A stretch of 64,000 nt of DNA from Utricularia gibba. Lineage: Eukaryota > Plantae > Magnoliophyta. Under the pieces are notes generated by a model, which ran no database searches, was not told the origin of the DNA, and saw only the letters and a list, made by a program, of their open reading frames with translations. Each line of letters opens with the position of its first letter. The first letter of the stretch is position 1. Shown in pieces: positions 12,376-25,600 of this stretch. The translations under genes were made by a program, and so were the position numbers. Location: assembly GCA_002189035.1 (NCBI GenBank), contig NEEC01000008.1:1178001-1242000 (forward strand), in the 5' to 3' direction.

Positions 12376-15047
12376 ATGCATCTTTCATCGTGGAATCCCT
12401 TGTCTCATTGTGCCTTTTTGGTGTTGGATAAAAGAAGCCGCAGGAAAGATGAGGACAACTTTTCAGTGGATGAAATCAACCCCAACCCAGCGGTTTCCAA
12501 GAAACTGCACGAGCACAAGCTCAGGGAGGCCCTTGAAGATGGCTCCCTGGCCATTCAAGACGAGGCCTTGGCTATTCAAGATGAGGGCTTTTGCAGATCA
12601 CGGTCCCTGGTTCGACTTACTGGTCGTAGAGATTTTCTCAAAGCCACAGCACTTGCAGCAGAGCGAACATTCGAGTCAGAGGACTCTATTCCGCAGCTTG
12701 ATGAGGCGTTCTCCAGGTTCATGATGATGTACCCAGATTACCAGTCATCGAAGACAATTGATCAGCTGCGATCAAGTGAGTACTCCCACCTCTCTGGAGA
12801 TGCTTCCAAGGCGTGCCTTGATTACTGTGGTTTTGGGCTGTTTTCATTGCTGCAGACGATCAATTACTCAGAATCTTCTACCTTCAGCTTGTCTGAGATC
12901 AGTGCCAATCTGAGCAATCATGCTCTGTATGGCGGAGCTGGGAGTGGGACAGCAGAACATGATATCAAGACTAGAATAATGGATTATATGAACATCCCTG
13001 AGAACGAATACGGCCTCGTTTTCACCGTTAGCCGTGGCTCTGCTTTCAAATTGCTGGCTGAATCATACCCATTTCAGATGAACCGCAGATTGTTGACGAT
13101 GTTTGATCATGAGAGTCAGTCTGTGAGTTGGATGGCACAGTGTGCGAGAGAGAAAGGTGCCAAGGTTGAAGCTGCCTGGTTCAAATGGCCTACTCTTAAG
13201 CTCTGTTCAGCTGCCTTGAGGAAGCAAATCTCATCCAAGAAAAAGAGGAAGAAGGATTCAGCTTCTGGGCTTCTGGTGTTCCCAGTTCAATCAAGAGTCA
13301 CCGGTGCGAGGTACTCATATCAGTGGATGGCTCTAGCGCAGCAAAACAATTGGCATGTGTTGCTTGATGCCGGGGCACTAGGCCCCAAGGACATGGATTC
13401 TCTCGGGTTGTCACTGTTTAGACCAGACTTCATCATAACCTCGTTTTACAAGGTGTTCGGTTACGATCCATCGGGTTTGGCTGCCTGCTGATCAAGAAGT
13501 CAGTTATGCCAAGCATTCAGAATCAATGCGGTCAAACTGGATCTGGAATGGTGAAGATTTTACCTGTGTTTCCCATGTACTTTAGCGACTCAGACCATTT
13601 TCTGGGATTCACTGATGATGGACAAGCCAGTGGAGGTGCAAATGGTGATGTTGATGACTCTGAAACTCAGCACCCCTCCGAACTTCCAGCATTTTCAGGT
13701 GCTTTCACTTCTGCTCAAGTGATGGATGTTCTGGAGGTCGAGGGTGAGATGGAGCCTGACAATGCATCAGACAGGGATGGTGCAAGTACCATGTTTGGAG
13801 ATACAGAGAGCATATCGGTTGCCGGGGAAGCATCACGAAGCCCGGTTTTTAGTGAAGATGGATCATCAGATAACTCACTGTATATTGATGTAGGCCAAAG
13901 CCCTCTGGGACTAGATGCTGGAAACCATTCTAACAGAGGAAACATGTCTTCTTCCACGCCACCAGCCTGGTTTCCTCAGAGGAGGAACAAAAAGCTGACT
14001 TCAAGGTTGTTAAACAGCCCTGTTTTTGACAAGGAACTGACAAAAAACGGTGGTCAAGTGTTGTCATTTGATGCAGCTGTTAGATCTGTCTCCCAAGAAG
14101 CTGATCATCTTTTTCAGGAAATCCCTGAGGAAGAACGGTGCTCTCCTTCCACGAAACGTGGGGCAATCGATGATGAAGGCCTTCACAACATCAAAGAAGA
14201 GCTCAAAATCGATAAATCATATAGCTTTGGGAAAGACAATGCAATAACAAGAGAGACAGAAGGAGAATTCAGGCTAATTGATAGGAGGGACCGAAGAAGT
14301 GGCCTGTTAGCTAGCAGCAGACTTTTTGGAGCTGAAGAGACAGAGCCAAGCAGCAGAATAGGGAGAGTGTCCCTCACCACAGGGGATCATGTTGTCGAAC
14401 CAGGAGAGTCATGTACCCGTGAGGATGATGACTATGGAGAGTATGGTGGAGACTCACATGACTCGGACAGGAATGAACCTGAGATAGTCTGTCGGCATCT
14501 TGATCACATAAGCATGCTTGGTCTCAACAAAACCACTTCACGGTTACGGTTCCTGATCAATTGGCTTGTTACCTCAATGCTGCAGTTGCGGCTTTCCAGT
14601 TCAAACGGAGGCGAGAGTGTGCCACTCATAGAAATCTATGGCCCAAAGATCAAGTACGAAAGAGGTGCAGCTGTTGCATTCAACCTGAAGGACAGCAGTG
14701 GAGGCCTGATCAAGCCAGAAGTCGTTCAGAAACTTGGTGAAGAGCATGGTGTTTCTCTTGGGGTTGGAATACTCAGTCACATACGGATCTTAAACACCAC
14801 AAGCAGCAAGCAGCAACACAGATCATCGTCCACTTGTGACGATCTCATCACCAGGAAGGCAGTTAAAAATGGATGGCAGAATGGTAAGAGTGGGTTCATT
14901 AGAATAGAAGTGGTAACAGCATCACTTGGTTTCCTAACCAACTTTGATGATGTGTACAAGCTGTGGGCATTTCTTGCAAAATTTCTAGACCCTTTGTTTT
15001 GGAAAAGGGAACCAGAGGCGCAAGACAGAGACCTGGTGTCCGGTTGA
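12376..15047 (+). CDS. Intronless PLP-dependent transferase / molybdenum cofactor sulfurase-like protein, interrupted by a -1 frameshift at about 13476-13478
   Basis: [12 protein letters not shown] start, [62 protein letters not shown]-terminal [26 protein letters not shown]. The two long ORFs join as [12 protein letters not shown] if one T is added. Confidence 0.85.
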
Positions 15048-15291
15048 GGATAGCAATCCGCTTCAGGCATTTATTTCTGTTTGCTCCCTTCAACAGGCAG
15101 AACATAGAAACTGAAACGGAAGAGCTTGTTTTGTAACATATCTCCATTCTTCTTTATTGGTAGCTTCATCATTCTTCATTTTTTTTTTCAGTAGATTTGA
15201 TACCATCACCACCAGAGTTCTCAAAATTAGTCTCAGGCCAATTGTACCAATAGAAATTTTACTACTGAAAGTTACAAGTTTAAACCAGGGT

Positions 15292-16307
15292 CTATTTGAG
15301 CTTTTTCAAAATGGCAGAGGATCTTGGCACCATCATTTTACGTTTCTTCAAGAAGTCCACTGCGTTCTGTGCACATTGGGCAGCGGCTTTGTCCTTCAGA
15401 TACAAGGGTTTGATCCTGTGCACAAGGAATAAGGAAGAGGAGAATGCATCTAGTAAGATATTGTCCCACGGGCTTCCAAATCATGCCTCCTATAAAAAAT
15501 GAGAGACTAACCCCAAGTTTTGGAGTCCCATCTTTTTTACTGTGGGTTTCTTCTCGACCTTGTCGTCTTCAGATTCGGACGTGAAAACCGTTCTGAGGAT
15601 GGAAAAACACACGCCAAGTTAAGGGGCTTTATATCGTACTCACAACATCCAAATGGAAAACTGTAAGCATGAAACAGCATGGGGGAGGAAACATTAGAAT
15701 GCATACTTCTTCTCTTGAGCTGCAAGAAGATCTACAATTTCCTTTGACAGCATTCCTTTGTTTACGATAGCCGCTTCATCCGTGTCAGTTTCCGATTCTT
15801 CTTTGGCAGCTTCCTTTTTTGGAGGTGCCTTTGGGGTCAAATTCTGCAGCCGCTTTCTGCGACGTTCTTTTCTCTCATGGATCACCCTAAGAAACAATGT
15901 TGTTCAGCATACGTTAGCTATCAAAAGAAGCAACAAAATGCTTCAAATCGAACTTGAAAATTGATCCTGCGTCAACAAAATATTTCTACATAACTCATGG
16001 CACCTCTCGACCAATGGAGAACCAATGTAACAGGCGACCGCGAATTTACACGTTTTATTTCTTTCGAAGGACAAGACACAGTTCAAGCAGAGGTGAGAGT
16101 TGGAATTCAACCTGTCCTTACTTTTCTTTATCACTCTCTTTATCTCTTCATACTGCTGCGCTCCCTGAAGATGAAACTCAGAAATAATAAAAACTGAAGT
16201 TCCAACATACAACCAAACAAGCTCTAGATGCTGCATTCGGAGCAAACCTGTTGAGAGGTGAACTCTTCCGGCGCATCGGAGTCAATATCCCCGTTTTCGT
16301 CCGACAT
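15292..16307 (-). CDS. Small uncharacterised, charged, plant-conserved protein (5 exons)
   Basis: Spliced translation MSDENGDIDSDAPEEFTSQQ/GAQQYEEIKRVIKKSKDR/VIHERKERRR...EIVDLLAAQEK/...ESEDDKVEKKP.../...AVDFLKKRKMMVPRSSAILKKLK*. GT-AG junctions are phase-consistent. Confidence 0.7.
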
Positions 16308-16944
16308 CGCAGCTCTGAAACCGTCTCCGTGGATCGAGAATTAGGGCTCCTGCAACTTGAGAAGGATAGAATAACAATGCAATTTCTTCCAAGTTATTGG
16401 GCCCAGCCCAACTATAATAGAAATCTATACGTGGGCTCCATTCAAGGAGTTGGGCCACGTACAGATCTGCTAAAATCCCAAAAGCTATATTTTAAAATTG
16501 GATTTCAAAATCAAATTAAGTTTTTATCTATTCATATTTAAGTATACATTAGTTTTAATTTTTTATTTATATATTAGTATGTATAAAAAATAATTCTAAT
16601 TCAATAGTTTATTTCAATATAAAAAATAATGCAAATATGTTACTTTCAATAAGATAGAAAAATTAAAATAAATAAATTGCAAACCACAAAAAAAATAAAT
16701 AATTAAAGCATATATTTTATTTATTTTCATCAAATAAAATTTGAATATTAAAAATATTTATTAGTTTTCATCATCATGATAAATCAATTGATTAATTAAT
16801 ATTTATCGACTATCCATTTTTAAATACAAAAAATTTCATAAATACAATTGATTTGAATGCATCCTTTGAGGATAATATATTGTCATTCTTCAAGATCTAA
16901 CTTTCATCACATGACCGATCTTTAATGTAATAACCTTCAAAATG

Positions 16945-17093
16945 TATATTATATACAACGATAAATATTATAATTTATATGATATTAGAATATTTCTATT
17001 GTACTCGTTATAAAAAACAATATATTATGTACAACGATAAATATCATAATTTATATGATATTGAAATATTTCTATCATACTCGTTATAAAAAC
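16945..17093. repeat. Two-copy tandem duplication, about 76-bp unit, intergenic
   Basis: tatattat(a/g)tacaacgataaatat... starts at 16945 and again at 17021, with 6 substitutions and a different A-run length. Confidence 0.9.
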
Positions 17094-17437
17094 GTTCTTT
17101 GAAATCTAACATGTCACCATACTTTGAGACCCAATCATTTTGACGATCAAGTTTTCATAAACCAATATGACCTACTCGAAACAAGGTCTTTATTAGAACC
17201 GGATGGATGTTGGACAACAAGACTGGGCATGAAATAAAAGATCTTTTTTTTTTCAAGGGTCGATTTTAAATTTATATATTTAAGATGATTTATTTGACGA
17301 GGACGAATGAAGCACACGCCTTGCCTTATTCCCCTTCTTCCTACTCGACACGAACATGACAGTTACATCGCCGGAATGCAACCGCGACCCGATCATCAGA
17401 GAGATGGGCCAGTGGAATCATCGGCGCAATGGAGTTT

Positions 17438-20410
17438 TCAGTGAGGTTTAGTACGGGGTCTGCCGGAAACGCCGTGCAACAGCTTCACGTATCCGAGGAA
17501 GCTAAGCTTCCCATCACTGTGTCTTATCCAGTCATGAAGAACAGCATGAACTGGCGCGGCGGGGTTAAGCCCAAGTTCCTGAGTAGAAACAGATTCCATG
17601 ATTGACGATGAATTGCTCACTTTGTGGGGTGAATGGGAAGATGATGGATAGGGTTCTTACAGAAGCTAATTCGTCGATCATGATGGTTCGATTCCCTTCC
17701 CTTTCGAAGAATTCGTATCCGCAACGAGCATGCTGCTCCCATCTGTCAAGAGCTTCGAGCTGATAGATGCCCAGTGCTGCAGCACAGAACTCTTCGAAAT
17801 CCATCCTTCTGTACTGGAGCGCATTCAGCTGTTGGGAAGAAAACCATGTTTGTGAAAAGGGGATAGGTAGTGAACTGGGATGCCAAAAGATCAAAGCAGA
17901 CCGAGGACAGGAAATCAAAGATCTGAGATTCGATCATCGAATCTGTTGCATTCTTCTTCAGTGCCTGCAAATGTGAAGCACAAGGGATTTAGATGCGGGG
18001 CAAGCAGAACATGCATTATCCAAGCATAAGATGTAGAAGAAAACCGTCTTGATAGTTTCCAGGCTTATAGAGCCGTTTGTGTTTGGCCCCAGCAGAGAAA
18101 ACTGCAGCCTGAGGTAGAAGAGTTCATCCTCAGTCAATGTTTTCGACAATGCCTGCATGAACAATCATGAATCCTCAGTAACCACAAAGAGCTCTTCAAT
18201 GATGAAGATGGAAGAAAAATGAGAAGCAAGGCACCCGTAAAGCCGCCTTGCGCAGCGGTGACGAATGCATATAAGCTTTCATGAGCTTGAACACCAAGAT
18301 ATCTAATGGAACTTCAATACTGTTTGTGTCTCTGATCCATGGATGACCTGAATGAAGAAAATAGCATAGAAGCTTAACATCAAGAATATGGTTTTTTCCA
18401 CTGTTTAGACTGGATATGATGCTCACACAAGGCTTGAGCTGCAGTCATTCTTTTTCTTGGATCCTTGTTCAGCATCCGCTTGACAAAATCTCTTGACTCA
18501 GGAGACAATGTTGGCCAAGGTGGTTCCTCATATGTAGGGTCAGCTTTCACAACAGCTCGAAAGATTCCAGATTCAGTTCGAGCCCAAAACGGACGGCTTC
18601 CACAGAGTAGAATGTATGCTATAACTCCAACACTCCAAACATCAGCCTCAGTGTTGTAGGCTCTATGCAACACTTCAGGTGCTACATAATAAGCACTTCC
18701 AACAATATCATTAAGCCTCTCATCTGGAAAAGATTGAGGATTCTTGGTTTAGCATGGAAGCTGAGATACAAATTTAATTTTGAATTGAACTGTGTACCCG
18801 ACCTGCTCTTACAAAATCTGATAGCCCAAAATCTATCGCCTTCAATGTTGAGCTTTCCTCTTTGGACGCAAACAAGAAGTTCTGGTACCGAACAAAAAAA
18901 AAAGCTCAGGCCATGTTATGGTAGAGAAACCAAAGAAATGAATCTCCAACCTCGGGTTTAAGATCACGGTGTACCACTCCTTGAAGATGGCAGAATGCAA
19001 CAGCATGTAGTATTTGTATCATCACAGTTTTAGCATCATTTTCTGCGTATTTTCCACCCCTGTAACCAAAAGAGAATTTACTTGATTTGGATGCGACCGC
19101 ATTGGTTCCCTTGTTTTATTCATGAGCATTTCATATGATAATAACCTGGAAAGGATCCTACTCAGGAGCTCGCCGCCTTCACATAACCTGAGGTGTTAAA
19201 ATGCAATTAGTGAATCAGCAAAAGCATGCCATTACAACTATATAAAGGGTTTTTGCCAACTAATTAGTGTTGATGGCTAAGATCTATGCACAAAAAAGCT
19301 GTCTTTTGAAAGCCAAGTTTGTGAAACTTTTTCTACTTGCGTTCCTGTGGAATACGCATAAAATGCATATAGTGCAGTGCAAACGGTAGGTACACAATGT
19401 ATAGAACTTACTCCATCACTATGTAAACATTGTCACTATCTTCAAATGAAGAGTAAAACTGTACTAAATTGGTGTGCCCCGACAATGCTTTCAGGATCTT
19501 CACCTCCTTCCTCACATCCTCAATGGCGATCGCAGTGGTCATCTGTAGAGTCATTAACAATCAAAACCAAGAAACATATAACATAGAAACGTGAATTAAA
19601 ATGGGCAAAAAAACAAAGAAATTTGCAAAAAGCTGCTGGTCTGAGCACAGCCTCCTAATTGGATCACAAGCGCCAATTCCAAGTACAATAAGACAAGGGC
19701 GTTTGTCTGCATCAGCTTTCGCATCCACAGTTTAAAACAATATGCAGCGAAAAGTCCAAATGCATCAGGACAATCAGGAACATGATAAGCAGAAACTGCT
19801 TCTTTCGGCGTAGCTCAAGCCAAAAATAGCTAATTTTGATGCCACAAGAGGCTAAATAAACAGTCAACTCTGAATAAAGAACCTGAGAAGAAATCCCCCA
19901 CCTTTGCTTTGGGAATAACCTTAACAGCAACAGGTTTCCCTTTGAGTTCCCCTTTCCTGAACTTCGCACGACAAGTATACCCAAAATGTCCCCTCCCCAC
20001 CTCCTCCCCCATCTCAAACTTGCTGTAAAAGTTCCTGGAAAACCCAAAACTCTTATCCAATCCATTCCCTTCAATCTGACTCTTGTTCTCCGGAATCGAG
20101 GGTTCACTATGCTTTCCCGACCCGTGACGCCGGAGAAGAGCCTTGATGTGCTTCGCCGGAGACGGCGGAGGAAAGGGGCGTTTAAATAGATTGCTGGGTG
20201 TCCCATTCGGCGCCGGCGACTTCTTAGAGAACAAATAATGGGCTGGGCTGGGACTGTAAAACGGCAGAAAGGGAGTTTTTTTGTAGGACTCATGATTGGG
20301 CTGCTCCCCCTTCCCTTCCCCTGGCCGGAAGTAACTTCCGGTTTGACTTCTTCCGGCGAACCAAACGTGGGCTCCGAAGCCTCCTTGGGTTTCGAAACAC
20401 AAACCCCCAT
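17438..20410 (-). CDS. CRK: CDPK-related protein kinase (CRK), 11 exons, with a -1 frameshift in the A7 run at 20276-20282
   Basis: MGVCVSKP acylation motif, [56 protein letters not shown], degenerate EF-hands ([10 protein letters not shown]) and C-terminal [17 protein letters not shown]. Confidence 0.92.
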
Positions 20411-21283
20411 GAAGCTTCAGAAACACCAAATCACTCAACTTCTTTTCTTTTCTCTCCAATGGCGAAAAAAACCAGCCTTTACAAAGATTCGAATACCCAA
20501 CTTTATGCTTCCACAACTTTTGTTGGTAGTCAAGTGCCCACACAGAACCTGGGAGAGACTACACCAAACCTTAGCTCCTACTGCTTTTTCCAACTTTTCA
20601 TTATTATTACTATTTTTCTATTTTTTATTCCATATTTGGTGAAGTGTCAGCTGCATATTATCCTAAAATTTTATCTTAAGTTGATATATCAATATGTATT
20701 ATAAAAATTAGTTTTGTTAATAAATTAAAAATTTGTATATAAACGTATAAATTTAAAATAGAAATTGTACAAAAAAAACAAAACAATTTAAGTTTCGAAC
20801 ATTATAAAGAATTTAAACATCAAGTTTCAAAATTGTAAAAAAAAACAATTTAAATTATCAAAACTATATAACAAATATCCAAATAGTTTATCAAAATTTT
20901 TAAAAAGTGAATTGATTTACGAGGATGTAAACCACCTTTAGTTTAACACCTAATAAAATTTAGTATTAAAGTTTTTTTTCATTCACATATTAAGTTGGGT
21001 GAGTCAAAATCATTTGTTAGGATTATATTGTGTCTCATTATTTTTAAAATTCGATGAGAGTAAAAACATCAAATGAGGAGAAATGAAAATTATGAATACT
21101 GTTTACAATGATGCATCGTTACAATGACGTTAAGATCAAAATCAATTAACTTTCATAATATGATGAGTTAGATATATAATTTCATAAATTTGGGATCAAA
21201 CTATTTATAAAAAAATAAGTTAAAGAACTTATAATATAATTTTGAAATTTGATAATTCAACTTTTTATATTCATTGTAACTTA

Positions 21284-21969
21284 AGGCTCGTTCGGTGGGA
21301 GGTGTGAGATGATATTATTTTAAATAACATATCTAAATCACACGTTTAGTATATAGTGTTATATAACATCATAGATTGTATATTTCAATAAATTTCTTAT
21401 TTAACATATTATATATAGTTAACACAAACTCATGTGGGTACATGGGTTTGTTAATCCAATGATAATAAAAAAAATTCCTCCAATAATCATTTTTGTTTCC
21501 TCTTTTTTTTTTTCAATTAATTACTATAACTTCTTTTGTTGGTCTCATAATTTTTATATGTATATAAGAAATACGTAATTTGATGGTACAAAATGGAGGT
21601 AGTGAAAATAGATTATTCCTATGGAATATTATTAGATCAAGACATGAAATTATTAGACATATGGTCATTCTTCAAAAAGAAATCATTATTTCAAACTATG
21701 AAGGAAATTATTGTTGTTGGATAGAAATCTAAAAATGGGTTCAAATCAGGTTAGTTGCAAGCAAATTATAGTAAAGTTATACATAAATTAAACATGGGTA
21801 TTTTAGTAAAATTGTATATAAATCAAATTATAAACCTTCATACCAAACACATAATAAATTATACTTTCTACAAAAGATACTCATGTTTTTTAAATCCCCC
21901 ATTTTACTATAAAATAATCCCATTTGAATTTAACAATGTGTAAGTTAAAACATGGTACCAAACGAGACT
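21284..21969. mobile_element. Candidate Tourist/PIF-Harbinger-like MITE (686 bp)
   Basis: Imperfect 13-bp TIRs AGGCTCGTTCGGT and ACCAAACGAGACT (11/13 matches), both flanked by TTA (21281-21283, 21970-21972). The interior is AT-rich and non-coding. Confidence 0.45.
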
Positions 21970-22178
21970 TTAGAGTGTTGTGGATAAACTCCATCCAAAT
22001 TTAAAATTATTTCTTATTTTTAATAAGAAAAATAATTTAAATAATTTAACATAAATTTCAGGGTGCGAATGATCTCTCGTGTACTTACTTGTACTTAAGA
22101 TTACAAAAAGATATTATAAAATGGTAAAATATGTTTTTACACCGTGGCGGCAGGTGAACAGTATAGATGTCGGAATAC

Positions 22179-22220
22179 AAGAGTGGTCGCAATAAAAAAA
22201 AAAAAAAGAGTGGTCGCAAT
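22179..22220 (+). repeat. 15-bp direct repeat AAGAGTGGTCGCAAT flanking a poly(A) run
   Basis: Copies at 22179-22193 and 22206-22220, with an A14 run at 22194-22207. Confidence 0.85.
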
Positions 22221-22657
22221 TAGTTTTTTTCATTTATTATTATTTGGTCTTTATTTTTTGTCTAGACGTTAGATGCACTTTTAAATTAGAAACAAACAGA
22301 CAATTTTCCTTTTTTAACGAAGAAATCGATAAATTATTTTTATTTATTACATGTTGAAGAATTGCTTCTAGAACTTCCCTCAAAAGTCCAAAATAGAAAT
22401 CGACTCTATAAATAAATAAATGACGAGTGCATGACGTCACAGCTCACAGAGATGTAGTGGACCCATTGGGGGCATTTATCTGAAAATGGGCTTCGGATAG
22501 ATTTTTTTCTCCAAGCTGTAATGGGCCTCTTTTACGGGCCCTTTTGGGTTTGCGTGCGTCCGTACGTCTTTAATTAAACTCTTAATAAAAGAAATTATAA
22601 GTATCTCTGGATAAGCTTTTTTTCGTAAGGGTTTGTAACGGCCGGTGGGTATCGGCG

Positions 22658-25600
22658 ATGAGCGTCGCTGACGATCGGGATTTTGTGCGGCTTTCCGACC
22701 GGAAGGATGAGGAAGGGGTTGATGGAGAGCCATCTATGCCTACAACCAGTGCTTCAGACTCCGCGTGCGTGGAGCTCGGGGCGCTCTGTTCTACTGAGGA
22801 TATTTCTAGGGTTTTGCACTCGGGCAGCGATGGATCTGCTGAGGCGACGATTGTTGGTGATGTGAAAGATGTGGTGTGTCTGGAAATAAAAAAGGAGGAT
22901 GGTGTAGTCGGAGATGCGAGTGCGGGGGGTGTGGAGAATCAGGCTACTGCTTCTGTTTCTGCTGGGAACGAAGGTGGTGAAGCCATGGTTGAAGTTGTTA
23001 AATTTGAGAGTGGTGTGGAGGACTACGATTCAATGCTGTTTGAGTTTGATCGTTTCGTGTATAAAGCGGGGGATGAAGCTGTTGGGTTTGGGTATGAAAT
23101 TGGGGATATTGTATGGGGTAAGGTGAAATCCCACCCATGGTGGCCAGGACAAATCTTTAACGAGGTACTTGCTTCTCCTTCGGTTAGGAAGCTTAAGCGT
23201 GAAGGCCATGTATTGGTTGCATTCTTTGGAGACAATAGCTATGGGTGGTTTGACCCAAAAGAATTAGCTCCATTTGCAGGGTGTTTTCATGAGAAGTTGC
23301 GGCAGTCGTCTTCTCGAGCTTTTTTGAAGGCTGTGGAGGAAGCAATGGATGAGATATCCAGAAGAGCGAGTTTAGGATTGGCTTGCCGGTGTAGAAATGA
23401 GTTTAATTTTTGGCCCTTCAGTATAGAGGGTTACTTTACAGTTTATGCTGGTGATTATGAACCTGGTGTTTACTCAGCGAGTCAAATAAAAAGGTCGAGA
23501 AATGATTTTCGACCCAGTGAAATGCTTTACTTCATTCGAAATTTGGCGTTGAGACCTTTCAATAATGATCTCCGGACAATCGAGTCTGTTAAAAGCAAGG
23601 CCATAGCTTTGGCTTACAGGAAAGCGTTGTTTGAGGAATTTGATGACACATACGCACAAGCCTTTGGTACTATACCCCAGCGACCTCCTCGGCCTACTGC
23701 TCCGGTTGCTGTGGATCCATCCTGGGGTAAACTAATATTTCTGGTGTATTGGCAACGGCATATTGTTTTTTTCTGATGTCGGCTGCAAATGAGCTCAACA
23801 ATATGAACTTTCCTTCTCGAGAAGTGTGGCACATTAAAAATGTTCTTGTCATTGTGTTATTTTTTCCACATAAAATCCCTGTTTTTTTCTCCAATGGGAT
23901 TTCTGTCTCTCCTGGTTCAAGTATCGCGTTGTTGTGTTTCAAATTTGTCTCAATTGCAGTCATTCCCTTGAATATTGTTTCCTTATCTGCATGCTTCGTC
24001 TTTCGAAATTTCAGCTTCTTTGAGCGGCCGGCTGGTATTCGCTGAAGCACTTGACAATGTGAAACTCTCCACCACACCTAATCAAGCAAGTGATCCAGCG
24101 AAGGAAGAAAAGATTGTGTCTAAGAGCCTAGATGTGCCTGCTAACATGAAGCAAAAGAACGTTAAAGCTGAAGTTTCAGTGCCTCTACCCGATGATGTCT
24201 TGGGCTCATCTGGGACAAGAGTTGATTCCAACATGAAAGTTCACGTGCAGCAATCTGGTCTTCAGGCTCAAGCTTCCGTTAGCGGGCAGATTAAAACTTC
24301 TGAAGGTTTCCGGTTGCTATCTGAAGGCAGAAAGAAGAAAGCTAAAGTAGTTGGAGAGCATGCTGCAGTAGCAAGCCCTGAACAAGCATCTTTAGCCAAG
24401 AAGAGAAAGAAAGAAGCAAACACCCAGGGGCCATCATTAGGCAAGGGAAGCAAGAAGAGAAAGAAAAAAGAAAACTTTGAGGTGCCATTCATTCCTGAGG
24501 AGAGCAACAAGAGAAAGAAAGATGCAAGTTGTCAGGGGCCAGTTAGTGAACATGGGCCTCCACCAATTACGTGGGTTAAGAAGAAGAGATCCATGGTGAT
24601 CAGAAAGGGAGTGACTACTAAAAGAGTTTCACATATGAATTTTGCCGAAGGTCATGTTCCAAAAGCTGCCCAAATGTCCTGTGATGGTCTTGATCATGGT
24701 TCATTTCCAGTGGCGGGGCCACAGCAAGACGCTAAGAGTCTGGCCGTGGCTCTTAGGGATCTCCGTGTGGTTGCACTTGATCCCTTCCACGGGGTAGACA
24801 GTGGTGTGTCTGCAAATATGCGTCTGGTTTTAATGAAATACAGATCTCTTGTGTTTCAGAAGAGCTTGGCTTTGCCTCCTCCACATGAGAACAAAGCAAA
24901 TGAAGTTCATCTGCCTGATTCTACCACTTTACATAAGCCTGCTTACAAAAGCACCGAGAAATCAACTATCAAGCATGCCCAACCGGCAGACAGGCGTGAT
25001 GATCTGACCAGTGGTGGCAAGAAGCCCACCCGAACTGATCAACCGGAAGTCTGTAAGAAAAAGAAGCTTGATGACTCCAAGGATGTATACTTCAAAAAGC
25101 CTGCGTATTCAGGTGACAAGGACAGAAAGAAGTTGATGAATGACTCAAAATCTCTTTCCATTGAGAAGAAGATTCCTCATCAAACTGCTGCGCCACAGCG
25201 TAGAGATGCAAGAGAGGCCCCTCCCAGAAATGTTCTTCCAAACCCACCGAAATCTCTGAAGCGGGATTCTGGTCATGCTGACAAGCCTGTAAAAGTACGA
25301 CAACGAACTGCACTGATAATGAAGTTTCCGAAGGATGCGGCCCTTCCATCAGTTGCAGAGCTGGCCGCAAGATTTGCCCGTTTTGGACAACTAGAGTACA
25401 CTTCGACTCGTTTGTATTGGCAAACATATACCTGTCGCGTGGTTTTCCAGTATAAGGTTGATGCTGAAGCTGCTCTGAAATTTGCGTCTTCAAGTGAAAA
25501 CTTATTTGGATACGAGAATGTGTTCTGTCACCTCAAGGATGCAGCTTCTGACGGGGCAGAACCAGAAACAACCAAGCTCCGGAAAGCCGATCCCGTAACC

